A DNA stretch of 64,000 nt from an uncultured Bacteroidia bacterium (GCA_963810555.1 CAWENX010000022.1:54929-118928); one strand, 5' to 3'. Numbered from the stretch's first letter, positions 24,628-35,184 are shown. The notes: generated by a model not told the origin, from the letters alone. Numbers and translations: made by a program.

Positions 24628-27600
24628 ATGATTGAAAAAATTATTGGATTATCTCTTAAAAATAAGGTCGTTGTAGGATTTTTCATTTTGGCTTTGATAA
24701 TCTGGGGACTCTTTTCCCTTTCCTCTCTTCCGATCGATGCTGTTCCTGATATTACCAACAACCAGGTACAGGTTATTTCAATTGCGCCGACACTGGCTGT
24801 ACAGGAAGTGGAAAGATTTATAACTGCCCCGATTGAAGTATCAGTTGCCAACATCCCGGACGAAATTGAACTGCGTTCAATCTCGAGGCTGGGATTGTCA
24901 GTAGTAACGATTGTCTTTGAAGATCATGTTGATATTTATAAAGCCCGCATGCTTGTGAACGAGCGGCTTAAAGAGGCTGAGAGTCAGATTCCCAAAGGAT
25001 TGACCGATCCTGAGCTGGCGCCGGTTTCAACCGGTCTTGGCGAAATATTCCAGTATGTACTTCAGACGAAGCCAGGATATGAAAATAAATATACAGCCAT
25101 GGATCTGCGCACAGTGCAGGACTGGATCGTAAGGCGCGAAATGCTGGGAACGCCGGGTGTGGCGGATGTAAACAGTTATGGTGGTTATCTGAAACAATAC
25201 GAAGTGGCTGTGAATCCGGAAAAATTACGCAGCATGAATCTCTCACTTACAGATATTTTCGATGCACTTGAAAAGAACAACGAAAATACCGGTGGGGCAT
25301 ATATCGATAAAAATCCCAATGCCTGGTTTATCAGGGGTATTGGTCTTGCCACATCACTTGAAGACATTGAGAAGATCGTAGTTAAAAATTCTTCACAGGG
25401 AATACCAGTACTGATACGCGATGTGGCTACTGTCCAGTATGGATACGCTCCACGTTACGGTGCTTTTGTAGTTGACACGGCAGAAGCTGTGGGAGGTGTT
25501 GTAATGATGCTGAAAGGAGCAAACGCCCACCAGGTGATCGATAATGTGAAAGAAAGAATAAAAATCATTCAGCAAAGCCTTCCGGAAGGAGTGGTCATAA
25601 CACCCTACCTTGACCGTACTGATCTTGTCAACAGGGCAATAGGCACAGTATCGAAGAATCTGCTTGAAGGGGGACTGATCGTCGTGTTTGTGCTGGTTTT
25701 GCTTCTTGGCAATATAAGGGCCGGACTGGTTGTTGCCTCAGTCATTCCTCTTTCCATGCTTTTTGCCATATCCCTGATGAAAATATTCGGCGTGTCAGGA
25801 AACCTTATGAGTTTGGGGGCTATTGATTTCGGGCTGATCGTAGACGGAGCAGTGATAATTGTGGAAAGCGTAGTGCACAGGATCACAATGAGTAAACATC
25901 ATAACCCTGGAATTGCTCCCTTGTCACGAAAACAGATGGATGAGGAAGTTTTTACCTCCTCAAAGCGAATGATGAATTCTGCCACTTTCGGACAAATCAT
26001 CATTCTGATAGTTTATCTTCCCATTTTAACACTGGTTGGTATCGAAGGAAAGATGTTCAGACCGATGGCACAGGTGGTGAGTTTTGCTATTGTGGGAGCT
26101 ATAATTCTTTCCCTGACCTATGTCCCGGTAGCATCGTCATTGTTTCTGAATAAAAAAACAAATAACACCGGCAGGATATCAGACAGAATTATAACAAAAA
26201 TCCAAAATGCAATTGATCCTGTACTTAATCTTGCCTTAAAGAAAAAAATTGAGGTTATCATCTTGTCTTTCATCCTTTTCGCAGGCAGTGTCTGGGTATT
26301 TACTAATCTTGGAGGTGAATTTATACCTCAGCTCGAAGAAGGGGATCTGGCGGCAGGTGTGATGACCCTGCAGGGCGGATCATTGTCGCACACAATGGAG
26401 ATGGTTGAAAAAGCCAATAAAATACTGCTTACCAACTTCCCAGAGGTGAAGAAAGCGGTATGCAAGATTGGATCTGCTGAAATTCCGACTGATCCGACAC
26501 CAATGGAAACAGGAGATTACATTATCACCCTGAAAGATAAGAGTGAGTGGACATCAGCAAAGACCCGTGAAGAACTGATTCAAAAAATGGAAGAAAAACT
26601 CTCCGTTCTTGCGGGGGTTAAGTTTGAGTTCCAGCAGCCGATACAAATGCGGTTTAATGAATTAATGACAGGATCAAAGCAGGATGTAGCGATAAAAATA
26701 TTCGGTGACAACCTTGATATACTTGCATCAAATGGAGCTAAAATTGAAAAACTTATCAGTTCGATCCCCGGAATTGAAGATATTAATGTTGAAAAGGTCA
26801 CTGGACTTCCCCAAATCCAGATAGAATATAACCGCGACAGAATTGCACAATACGGTCTTAATATTGGCGATATCAATCGAATGGTAAAGACGGCTTTTGC
26901 CGGAAGCTCTGCAGGGGTTATTTATGAGGAAGAGAAAAGGTTCGATCTTGTTGTCCGCCTGGAAAAAGATTATCGCACAGGACTGGATAATGTCCGCAAT
27001 CTTTATGTACCTCTTCCAAATGGAGGACAAATAACACTTGACCAGTTGGCAAATGTGAATATAAAGGCGGGTCCTGCCCAGGTATCCCGTGAAAACACAA
27101 AACGACGTGTAACAGTAGGCTTCAATGTCAGGGGACGTGATGTCCAAAGCATCGTTGACGAAGTTCGGGGAAAAATCAACAGCTCGCTGAAACTGCCACC
27201 TGGATATTTTGTCACGTATGGCGGGCAGTTTGAAAATCTGGAAGCAGCAAAAAAAAGACTGGCTGTTGCAGTTCCGATTGCATTACTCTTGATTTTTGTA
27301 TTGCTTTTTCTTACATTTCATTCATTTAGGCAAACTTTGCTTATCTATTCCGCGGTCCCCCTTTCTGCAATAGGAGGAGTGTTTGCGCTTTGGATAAGGG
27401 ATATGCATTTCAGCATTTCAGCAGGAATCGGCTTTATTGCCCTATTCGGCGTTGCAGTGCTTAACGGAATTGTGCTGATTTCCGAATTCAACCATTTGGA
27501 GAAGGAAGAGGGCATTACTGATATTTATGAGCGTGTACGAAAAGGAATTAAAACAAGAGTTCGTCCGGTAATTATGACTGCTTCAGTTGCTTCACTGGGA

Positions 27601-27792
27601 TTTCTTCCTATGGCAATTTCTACTTCTGCCGGTGCAGAAGTACAAAAAGCCCTTGCCACTGTGGTTATCGGCGGGCTGATTTCAGCCACTTTGCTGACTC
27701 TGATTGTTCTTCCTGTACTATATGTTTTATTTTCACATAAACAACATGAATTAAAAAACACCGAAATTGATTTAAAAAACATACGACTATGA
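24628..27792 (+). CDS. czcA: CusA/CzcA-family heavy-metal efflux RND transporter
   Basis: A 1054-aa protein with the 12-TM RND architecture and HME-type N-terminus IIG.SL.N...V......I..G......LPIDAVPDITNNQVQV. Confidence 0.9.
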   Translation: MIEKIIGLSLKNKVVVGFFILALIIWGLFSLSSLPIDAVPDITNNQVQVISIAPTLAVQEVERFITAPIEVSVANIPDEIELRSISRLGLSVVTIVFEDHVDIYKARMLVNERLKEAESQIPKGLTDPELAPVSTGLGEIFQYVLQTKPGYENKYTAMDLRTVQDWIVRREMLGTPGVADVNSYGGYLKQYEVAVNPEKLRSMNLSLTDIFDALEKNNENTGGAYIDKNPNAWFIRGIGLATSLEDIEKIVVKNSSQGIPVLIRDVATVQYGYAPRYGAFVVDTAEAVGGVVMMLKGANAHQVIDNVKERIKIIQQSLPEGVVITPYLDRTDLVNRAIGTVSKNLLEGGLIVVFVLVLLLGNIRAGLVVASVIPLSMLFAISLMKIFGVSGNLMSLGAIDFGLIVDGAVIIVESVVHRITMSKHHNPGIAPLSRKQMDEEVFTSSKRMMNSATFGQIIILIVYLPILTLVGIEGKMFRPMAQVVSFAIVGAIILSLTYVPVASSLFLNKKTNNTGRISDRIITKIQNAIDPVLNLALKKKIEVIILSFILFAGSVWVFTNLGGEFIPQLEEGDLAAGVMTLQGGSLSHTMEMVEKANKILLTNFPEVKKAVCKIGSAEIPTDPTPMETGDYIITLKDKSEWTSAKTREELIQKMEEKLSVLAGVKFEFQQPIQMRFNELMTGSKQDVAIKIFGDNLDILASNGAKIEKLISSIPGIEDINVEKVTGLPQIQIEYNRDRIAQYGLNIGDINRMVKTAFAGSSAGVIYEEEKRFDLVVRLEKDYRTGLDNVRNLYVPLPNGGQITLDQLANVNIKAGPAQVSRENTKRRVTVGFNVRGRDVQSIVDEVRGKINSSLKLPPGYFVTYGGQFENLEAAKKRLAVAVPIALLLIFVLLFLTFHSFRQTLLIYSAVPLSAIGGVFALWIRDMHFSISAGIGFIALFGVAVLNGIVLISEFNHLEKEEGITDIYERVRKGIKTRVRPVIMTASVASLGFLPMAISTSAGAEVQKALATVVIGGLISATLLTLIVLPVLYVLFSHKQHELKNTEIDLKNIRL

Positions 27793-29048
27793 ATCCACTA
27801 TTTTTGGCAATAATTATCGGTTGTTGGGCTTTCTTTTTCCCAAATCTTCTTGTTGCAGAACAACCGGAAAAAACTGTTTTATCCCTGCAGGAGGCTATTC
27901 GTCTGGCAACGGAGAACAATCCCAACATACGCTCCTCAGTTCTTAAGTTAGATAAAGAGCGTGTCCTGAAAGGATCATCCTGGGATATCGGTAAGACGAA
28001 CCTCGATTATGAATATGGACAAATGAATTCATTTCATGAAGACAATAAAATATCGGTTTCACAAACTCTCGCATTTCCTACTGTCTATACAAGTCAACAT
28101 AAGCTGGCTAACGCCAGTGTTAAAAGCAGTGAAATTGATTTAGATGTAACACGTAATAAAATTACTAACGAGGTAAAAACCAACTGGTGGCAGCTTGTTT
28201 TTTTAAAGTCGAAATTGAGGCTGCTTCAATATCAGGATACCCTTTACATGGGATTTTCTAACGCGGCCTCGCGCAGGGCTGAAACAGGAGAAACCAATAA
28301 ACTGGAAAAAATAAGCGCTGAATCACAAAGTCTTGAAATCAAAAACAAGATTAAACAGACAAAAGCTGATATTGACATTTACCTTACACGATTGAAGACA
28401 TTGCTTAATACAAGCGAATCTCTTAACATTGCAGATTCAGTATTAATTAAGCTGGATCTTACAATTGCAACCGACACTCAGGCGATTGCTACAAATCCTT
28501 CATTAGCCTTTTCACGCAACCAGATCGTTGTCGCACAAATGGAATCAAAAGTTGAAAAGGCAAAACTTCTTCCTGATCTTACCTTTGGATATTTCAATCA
28601 ATCGATTAATGGCACTGAGAATATTAATGGAATAGAACGTCATTTTTCTTCAGCTAACCGTTTTACAGGAATTAAGGCTGGAATCACAGTCCCCTTATGG
28701 TTTAAACCAAATAGCGCAAGGATCGAAGCTCTGAAGATTAACCGTGAGATAGCACAGAACAATGCAGAGTATTATAGAACAGCGCTGAAGGGAGAGTTTG
28801 AAGTTCTGCTCCAGGAATACGGAAAATATAAAGGTAGTATTGAATATTATGAACAGTCCGCACTGCCGCAGGCCGATTTAATTATAAGCCAGTCCACAAG
28901 AAGCTATAAGTTGGGGGATATAGATTATCACAAATACATTATGAGCCTCTCACAGGCGCTGCAGATAAAAAACGATTACCTGGAAACTTTGAACCATTAC
29001 AACCAGTCAATTCTCGCCCTTGAATATTTAGTTGGAAAAACAAATTAA
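27789..29048 (+). CDS. TolC-family outer-membrane efflux protein
   Basis: Signal peptide, LSLQEAI..A..NNP, and two OEP-type repeats. Its start overlaps the czcA stop (ATGA). Confidence 0.85.
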   Translation: MNPLFLAIIIGCWAFFFPNLLVAEQPEKTVLSLQEAIRLATENNPNIRSSVLKLDKERVLKGSSWDIGKTNLDYEYGQMNSFHEDNKISVSQTLAFPTVYTSQHKLANASVKSSEIDLDVTRNKITNEVKTNWWQLVFLKSKLRLLQYQDTLYMGFSNAASRRAETGETNKLEKISAESQSLEIKNKIKQTKADIDIYLTRLKTLLNTSESLNIADSVLIKLDLTIATDTQAIATNPSLAFSRNQIVVAQMESKVEKAKLLPDLTFGYFNQSINGTENINGIERHFSSANRFTGIKAGITVPLWFKPNSARIEALKINREIAQNNAEYYRTALKGEFEVLLQEYGKYKGSIEYYEQSALPQADLIISQSTRSYKLGDIDYHKYIMSLSQALQIKNDYLETLNHYNQSILALEYLVGKTN

Positions 29049-29053
29049 AAAAA

Positions 29054-30244
29054 ATGGAAATGATTACTATAAACAAAAACTTAATTCTTGCATTTATACT
29101 TCCGGCTCTCATTTCGTGCAACATGGGCAGCGGAGCAAAAACACCGGAAGAAAAAGAAGCTGAAATATTACCCGACAATATCGTTGAACTCAACGCGGAT
29201 CAGTTCAGGGTTGCCGGTGTAGAATACGGATCAATAGAATCAAAAAATATAAGCAATACCTTGAAGGTTAACGGATTGATCACTGTTCCGCCCAAAGATT
29301 TTGCTTCAGTATGCGCCCCCTTGGGAGGATTTGTTAAAAGCACAGATTTGGTCCAGGGCAGCCCTGTCAAAAAAGGCCAGATCCTGGCAATAATGGAAAA
29401 CCCCGCTTTCATCGAACTTCAGCAAAGCTACCTCCAAAGCCGGAGCCGTCTTGAATATGCTGAAGGTGAATATAAGAGGCACAAGGAACTTTTTGATGAG
29501 GACGTTTACTCCGCTAAAAATCTTCAGGAGGTTAATGCCAATTACAAAAGCCTTAAAGCACAGGTAAAAGCTGAAGAACAAAAACTTTCCCTTATTGGCA
29601 TTAAGGCCTCGGATCTGACGGAGGATAATATATCATCGGTGGTCTCAGTTACTTCACCGATCACCGGTTATATTAAAAAAGTCAATGTTAATATCGGCAA
29701 ATTCGTTGATCCGCAGGATGTGATGTTTGAAATTATCAGTACTTCAAATCTCACTATCGAGCTCACGTTGTTTGAAAAAGATATCAGTAAGGTAGTCATT
29801 GGTCAGAATCTCACCTTTTCGCTTTCCAATGATGCTTTAAGCAAATACACAGCACAAATTACTCAGGTGGGAAAATCTGTTTCAGCAGACCGTACTGTGA
29901 AGGTCTATGCATCAGTCAGCCAACCTTCGGATAAAATTATAGCCGGGATGTTTGTAAATGCAGTAATTCAAACGGATACCAATCCGGTTGCTGCACTTCC
30001 CGAAGAATCCATTGTTCAGTTTGATGAAAAGGAATATATATTCGTTTATGAACGCGATAAACAGGAAAACGGCAAACCCTTCACCGAATTCAAAATGGTG
30101 GAAGTCAAAAAAGGTATTACCGATAACGGATTCACGCAAATCATTCTACCGGAAGGCTTCGATGTCAAAAATGCCAGAGTTGTGATAAAGGGAGCATATA
30201 ACCTCATGGCAGCTAAGAAAAATGCGGGGGAAATGGCATGTTGA
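29054..30244 (+). CDS. Efflux RND periplasmic adaptor (membrane fusion protein, CzcB-like)
   Basis: Lipobox LISC, a lipoyl/hairpin region (GQILAIMENP......Q..Y...........A.......K.LF...V) and a beta-barrel C-terminus. Confidence 0.85.
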   Translation: MEMITINKNLILAFILPALISCNMGSGAKTPEEKEAEILPDNIVELNADQFRVAGVEYGSIESKNISNTLKVNGLITVPPKDFASVCAPLGGFVKSTDLVQGSPVKKGQILAIMENPAFIELQQSYLQSRSRLEYAEGEYKRHKELFDEDVYSAKNLQEVNANYKSLKAQVKAEEQKLSLIGIKASDLTEDNISSVVSVTSPITGYIKKVNVNIGKFVDPQDVMFEIISTSNLTIELTLFEKDISKVVIGQNLTFSLSNDALSKYTAQITQVGKSVSADRTVKVYASVSQPSDKIIAGMFVNAVIQTDTNPVAALPEESIVQFDEKEYIFVYERDKQENGKPFTEFKMVEVKKGITDNGFTQIILPEGFDVKNARVVIKGAYNLMAAKKNAGEMAC

Positions 30245-30317
30245 AATAGCTGATACATAAATTAATCAGGAACGTAAAAATAAAGTTGAAGGATGCATCA
30301 TAGTGCAGGGAGAAGGA

Positions 30318-31214
30318 ATGGAGCATAATCATCCACATTATACAGACAATATCAGTACCTCACTGAAAATAGGTATTGTAATCAATATTATTTTCATTGG
30401 AATTGAAATACTCTACGGTCTTCTTGCCCATTCCATGGCTTTGCTTGCCGATGCCGGTCACAATTTCAGCGATGTAATAACTTTGTTATTTGTCTGGTTC
30501 TCTATCCTTCTGTCACCGATTAAGCCAAATTACCGTTTTACATACGGATTAAGGCGTACAACCATTTTAAGTGCCCTGCTGAATACTTTGCTTCTGCTTG
30601 CAGGAGTTTATTTTATCATCTCCGGCGCTATTGAAAGATTCAAAGGAAATGTTGAAGTGCACAGTACGACTGTAATATTTGTTGCGCTTGCAGGTATCGC
30701 CGTCAACGGATTCACTGCCTGGCTTTTCATGAAAAGGAAAGATACCGACCTGAACATCAAAAGCGCATTTGTTCATTTTATAACGGATACTTATGTTTCT
30801 TTGGGAGTTGTAGTTGGGGGAATCATCATTGCACTGACTGGATACTTTTGGGTAGATTCCCTGGTTAGCTTACTTGTGGCAGGATTTATCCTGTACAATA
30901 CCTATGATCTCCTTGTGGATTCGGTTAATCTTGCTTTGGATGCAGTCCCCCGGGACATTGATCTCTTAAAGATACAGGATTATCTTTTAAGTCATAAAGA
31001 GGTCAAATCCATCCACGACCTTCATGTTTGGGCTTTAAGCACTTCTGAAACCGCCCTGACTGTTCATCTTGTTACGGACAATGTTCCCAAAAGCAATTTT
31101 ATTCAGGAATTGAACAGGTATCTATATGAAACCTTCAAAATAGGACATTGTACAATTCAGATTGAACATGAAGAACATAATCCCTGCGAAAGTTTCTGCA
31201 ACGAGAGCGATTAA
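30318..31214 (+). CDS. czcD: Cation diffusion facilitator transporter (CzcD/ZitB-like)
   Basis: SMALLADAGHNFSDV and HFITDTYVSLGVV match the TM2/TM5 HD-HD metal-site motifs. A cytoplasmic C-terminal domain is present. The ATG at 30318 is preferred over the GTG at 30303. Confidence 0.9.
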   Translation: MEHNHPHYTDNISTSLKIGIVINIIFIGIEILYGLLAHSMALLADAGHNFSDVITLLFVWFSILLSPIKPNYRFTYGLRRTTILSALLNTLLLLAGVYFIISGAIERFKGNVEVHSTTVIFVALAGIAVNGFTAWLFMKRKDTDLNIKSAFVHFITDTYVSLGVVVGGIIIALTGYFWVDSLVSLLVAGFILYNTYDLLVDSVNLALDAVPRDIDLLKIQDYLLSHKEVKSIHDLHVWALSTSETALTVHLVTDNVPKSNFIQELNRYLYETFKIGHCTIQIEHEEHNPCESFCNESD

Positions 31215-31228
31215 TATTCTTTGAAATT

Positions 31229-31259
31229 CTGATCACTGATCACTGATCACTGTTTACTG
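31229..31259. repeat. (CACTGAT)n stutter repeat
   Basis: CTGATCACTGATCACTGATCACTGTTTACTG. The panE stop codon on the minus strand lies inside it. Confidence 0.9.
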
Positions 31260-32236
31260 CTCCTGCCGCTGCCACCTCCTGCTGACCACCTCGCTTTTAA
31301 CTCCAATGGCAGAATACAATTGTAAACAAACCTGTTAACAGGAGTTTCTATGCCATATTTTTTCCCCAGTCTGACCACAGCCCCGTTCTGGTATTCAATC
31401 TCTGAAGGTTTTCCCTCCCATATATCTCTTGTCATTGAAGAGGTCGAGTCATAAGGGAAGCCGTCAATAGCAGCTAAAGTTCTGTCCACATAATCCGGAT
31501 CAATATCAATCCCTGCCTTTTGTGACAGATTATATATCTCGGTCAGTAATTCACCCATCATAAGCCTCGTTTCCTTTAGCTCCATGACTTCACCATATGT
31601 TGAACGGGCAACAGCTATTAATCCTCCCGCACAAATGGCAATAAACTTTTTCCATAAATCAGCCTGAATATCGTCCGAAATCTTTGATCCTATTCCCGAC
31701 CGGTCAAACATCTCCTTTATTCTTAAGACCCTTTCGGTTTTCTCATTGTTCATTTCCCCGAATACAATAAATGGATCAATCCCGAAATGGTTAATTATTC
31801 CCGGTGCTTCAATCTTGCTCATAATCCTGCACAAACCACCGATTACATGTTCACTGTCAATCTCTTCCATCAGTTCTTCTGCAGCCAGTACGCCGTTTTG
31901 CAAAGGAAGTATCACAGTTTCCTTATCCAAAATCGGCTTCAGTTCTTTGGCAATCTCCTTCACCTGCCAGGCTTTGACACCAAGAATTATCAGGTCTGCA
32001 ATTCCTGCTTCCACCAAACTCTCGGTTGCTTTAGCCGGATAAACCTTAAAATTTCCCGAGATGCCTGTTATTCTTAATCCGTTTCTTTTAATCGCATTCA
32101 GGTGTTCTCCCCGCGCAATAAATGTTACATCATTTCCTCCAAGGGCAAGTTTTGCTCCAAAGTAACCTCCGACTGCCCCGGAACCAATAATAACTGCTTT
32201 CATATGATCTGGTATTACATTGTTATTTGTTCTCAA
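31247..32236 (-). CDS. panE: 2-dehydropantoate 2-reductase (ketopantoate reductase)
   Basis: An N-terminal Rossmann motif IIGSGAVGGYFGAKLA, an ApbA fold, and a C-terminal domain with STSSMTRD..GKPSEIEY.NG. Confidence 0.85.
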   Translation of the reverse strand: MRTNNNVIPDHMKAVIIGSGAVGGYFGAKLALGGNDVTFIARGEHLNAIKRNGLRITGISGNFKVYPAKATESLVEAGIADLIILGVKAWQVKEIAKELKPILDKETVILPLQNGVLAAEELMEEIDSEHVIGGLCRIMSKIEAPGIINHFGIDPFIVFGEMNNEKTERVLRIKEMFDRSGIGSKISDDIQADLWKKFIAICAGGLIAVARSTYGEVMELKETRLMMGELLTEIYNLSQKAGIDIDPDYVDRTLAAIDGFPYDSTSSMTRDIWEGKPSEIEYQNGAVVRLGKKYGIETPVNRFVYNCILPLELKARWSAGGGSGRSSKQ

Positions 32237-32567
32237 TTGATCTGATCAGTGGCCGACTTGCCGGTCCGACCGGATGAACTCCGTTCGGACGGGTTTTCAT
32301 TTTACGGACAGGTCTAAAATAATGAATTTCCTTTTATAAGTATTGATAATACTCAAATATTCCACTTCAGATATACAAACCGGAATCTTTAAATTCTCAA
32401 ATCATCTCTGCCTTTAATTTGTTGTCTGACATTTGTAGCAAAACATCCATTCCTGTTTAAATACACTTTATCTACTCAGTCAAAAGTTAAAAAATCACAA
32501 AATAATCACTTCATATCAGAACATGTTTCAATCCTTAAACGTTTACTGAAAATTAAACTTTAAGGGT

Positions 32568-32918
32568 ATGAAAAAGACAGTTTTTTATGTTCTCATTTTA
32601 ATCTTCTCACTGGGAACACCATCTGCTCTTACTGCTAAATCACGGCATAAAACGGAATCTGGAAATGTTGCCATGCAGGAAAAAAAAGAAGTCAAAATAT
32701 CTGAAGAAGAATTAAGCCAAATTGCAAAACGGGTAGAAGAAATTCGTCAAATGGACAGATCAAAACTGACGGCCGAAAAAAAGCGTGAGTTAAGACAAGA
32801 ACTGCGGGAGTACAGAGAACGCTTTCACAGGGAAGGTTACAGACAAGGAGGAACAGTTATAATATTTGGCGGAGGCGGATTAGTCCTCATAATTGTATTG
32901 ATTATACTTCTGGCATAG
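32568..32918 (+). CDS. Hypothetical secreted/membrane protein (signal peptide, charged helix, C-terminal TM)
   Basis: A 116-aa ORF with an N-terminal signal peptide, a K/E/R-rich helix, and a C-terminal GGGGLVLIIVLIILLA. Confidence 0.5.
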   Translation: MKKTVFYVLILIFSLGTPSALTAKSRHKTESGNVAMQEKKEVKISEEELSQIAKRVEEIRQMDRSKLTAEKKRELRQELREYRERFHREGYRQGGTVIIFGGGGLVLIIVLIILLA

Positions 32919-33056
32919 TTATTGAGAATGCCATCAATCCTCAAATCTCTTTATCAGGAAGTTTTATAGAATAACAATCCCGTTGAAATAGTACTGATGA
33001 ATTATTGGAAATTAGTCAATGGAATCAAATTTTTAAGACAATAAAAATCAAATAGA

Positions 33057-34235
33057 ATGAATACCATTTACAAAATAGCAGGGATACTGATTTTGAGTTT
33101 AGCTTCCTCCTGTGTAGGCCAGATGGCCGTTACAGCAGGGGACAACAGCGTCAGTTTTCAGGTGTTTTATGATGAGTTGGCTCCATACGGGGATTGGATG
33201 GATTATCCCAATTACGGGTATGTCTGGTTTCCCAATGCCGGGCTTGATTTCTTTCCTTATGAAACCGATGGTTATTGGGTAATGACCGTCTATGGCTGGA
33301 CGTGGGTCTCTGATTATCCCTGGGGATGGGCTCCTTTCCATTACGGCCGCTGGGATTATGACGATACTATGGGTTGGTTTTGGATACCGGGTAATGAATG
33401 GGGACCCGCATGGGTTGTATGGCGAAGGTCTGACAATTATCTGGGCTGGGCTCCCATGAGACCCGGTATCAGCATCAGCCATAGCTTTAGCAGAGAATAC
33501 ACCCATATTGACCGCTGGTGCTTTGTTCGCGACAGATATTTCGGAAGACGCGACATGGACCATTATTATGTTCCCAGAGGAGATGAAGAATCTATTATTC
33601 GCAACTCTACAGTTATTAATAACACATATTACAATACGAGGCGTCATGCAACTTATGTTGCAGGTCCCCGTTTGGATGAAGTTCAGCGATTGACAGGAAG
33701 AAGAATTAGTGCAGTCACAGTCAGGGATCGTGACAAACCGGGCCATTCGATTGGAAGAAACCAATTATCCATATACCGGCCAGAGTTTTCAACCCCGGGA
33801 ACAAGCACAGAAAGGCCGGCTCCTCCAAGAGTAACAAGGCCGCAGGAATTCAGGTCGTCGAGGGGAAGAGCAAATATCCCGCAAAACAGGACAGCTCCTT
33901 CACAAAGTATCCGTCGGCAGGAAATGCCTGCTCAACCCCAACGTCAATTTGAACCCGGAAGGCAACCGCAGAGTTCACAAAGAAACGAACCTCAACGGAA
34001 TTCTGAGATCCAAAGACGACAATCAGAGAATTTTCGTTCTAATCAGCCCAGGGAAATTCGCCCTCAGGAACAGCCCCGCCAGAATGAAAGGCCGCAGAAT
34101 AATCCCTATCGTCAGCAACAAATGGAACGAAGGGCTGCCCGGTCACAGCAGCATTTTGAGATACAGCAAAGAAGAGCAGGGATATCTCCTTCTGAAAATT
34201 ACAGGGGAGAAAAGGGAAGGGGCAGAAGAAGATAA
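33057..34235 (+). CDS. Trp/Tyr-rich repeat secreted protein (YXWGXW/DUF6600-like) with an R/Q/P-rich low-complexity tail
   Basis: Lipobox LASSC and repeated Y.W.P......W.W motifs (YGYVWFPN, GWTWVSDYPWGWAPFHYGRW, GWFWIPGNEWGPAWVVW). The C-terminal roughly 150 aa are Q/R/P-rich. Confidence 0.6.
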   Translation: MNTIYKIAGILILSLASSCVGQMAVTAGDNSVSFQVFYDELAPYGDWMDYPNYGYVWFPNAGLDFFPYETDGYWVMTVYGWTWVSDYPWGWAPFHYGRWDYDDTMGWFWIPGNEWGPAWVVWRRSDNYLGWAPMRPGISISHSFSREYTHIDRWCFVRDRYFGRRDMDHYYVPRGDEESIIRNSTVINNTYYNTRRHATYVAGPRLDEVQRLTGRRISAVTVRDRDKPGHSIGRNQLSIYRPEFSTPGTSTERPAPPRVTRPQEFRSSRGRANIPQNRTAPSQSIRRQEMPAQPQRQFEPGRQPQSSQRNEPQRNSEIQRRQSENFRSNQPREIRPQEQPRQNERPQNNPYRQQQMERRAARSQQHFEIQQRRAGISPSENYRGEKGRGRRR

Positions 34236-34326
34236 TATAAATAGTTCCTGTGGATAGATCTTTCTGGCGGTTAAAACATTACTCAACCTCGATTGTTAAA
34301 CTATAACACAATAAACCAGTTATAAT

Positions 34327-35068
34327 TTGACAACCTTGAGGAAAACGATAATACTCAGCTGTCTTCTCCTGATCTGTAAGTTTGCTTCGGCAGGGCCGCC
34401 TTTTCTGACCGATGATCCTGACCCTGTGCCATTCAGACATTGGGAATATTATCTTTCTTCCCAGAATACGTTCAGCCAGTCATCCGGAATTTCAACCGGT
34501 ACCCTGCCTCATGTTGAAATCAATTACGGAATCGTTCCTAATATGCAGGTTCACCTGCTTATGCCATTGAATTACACTTATTCTGATTCCCGGTTCAATG
34601 CCTGGGGTTATGCAAATACCGAAATGGGCATCAAATACCGTTTTGTGAAAGAAACCGACAAAATTCCGGAAATAGGGATGTTCCCGCTGATAGAAATTCC
34701 AACCATAAAAAACAGGCAGTTAAGCAGTGGACGGACACAGGTATATATTCCGGTTTGGATTCAGAAATCATGGAATAAACTGACTTCCTATGGCGGGGCC
34801 GGTTACTGGTTCAATCCCGGTAACGGAAATAAAAACTGGCTTTTTGCAGGTTGGCAGGCCCAATACTACTTCTCAAAATTCCTGACTCTTGGTACAGAAA
34901 TCTATTACAACACTGCTGCTTCCAACTGACAGTTCTTCCTCTGTCGGATTTAACATAGGCGGGTTTCTGAATTTCAGCGAAAAGTTCCACTTTATCTTTT
35001 CCGCCGGTCACAGCATTATCCATGAAAGTATCACCACCGCATATGCCGGATTATACTGGACAATCTGA
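34327..35068 (+). pseudogene. Outer-membrane beta-barrel 'transporter' family gene (MetA-pathway-like) with one +1 frameshift
   Basis: GPPFLTDDPDPV...HWE in frame 1 stops at 34929. The family-typical C-terminus DSSSVGFNIGGFLNFSEKFHFIFSAGHSI...AYAGLYWTI continues in frame 2 to 35068. An apparent extra T lies at about 34927. The start is TTG. Confidence 0.65.
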
Positions 35069-35184
35069 TAAGCTTATCTCAAAATTCACAGAATTTTATC
35101 CTTCCGGAAATCTTGTAAAACGCCATCTTTTCTATCCCTCATAATCCTTTATTTCCTGTTAACATGTCCGTATCATCTTCATGA

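Noticed and set aside
24968-27928. Multiple 60-140-aa minus-strand ORFs inside czcA and the TolC gene.
   Set aside because: All are antisense to a full-length RND transporter with an uninterrupted frame, so they are typical shadow ORFs.
33099-33764. A 221-aa minus-strand ORF.
   Set aside because: It is fully antisense to the Trp-rich repeat protein, which has a lipobox and coherent repeats. The antisense product has no features.
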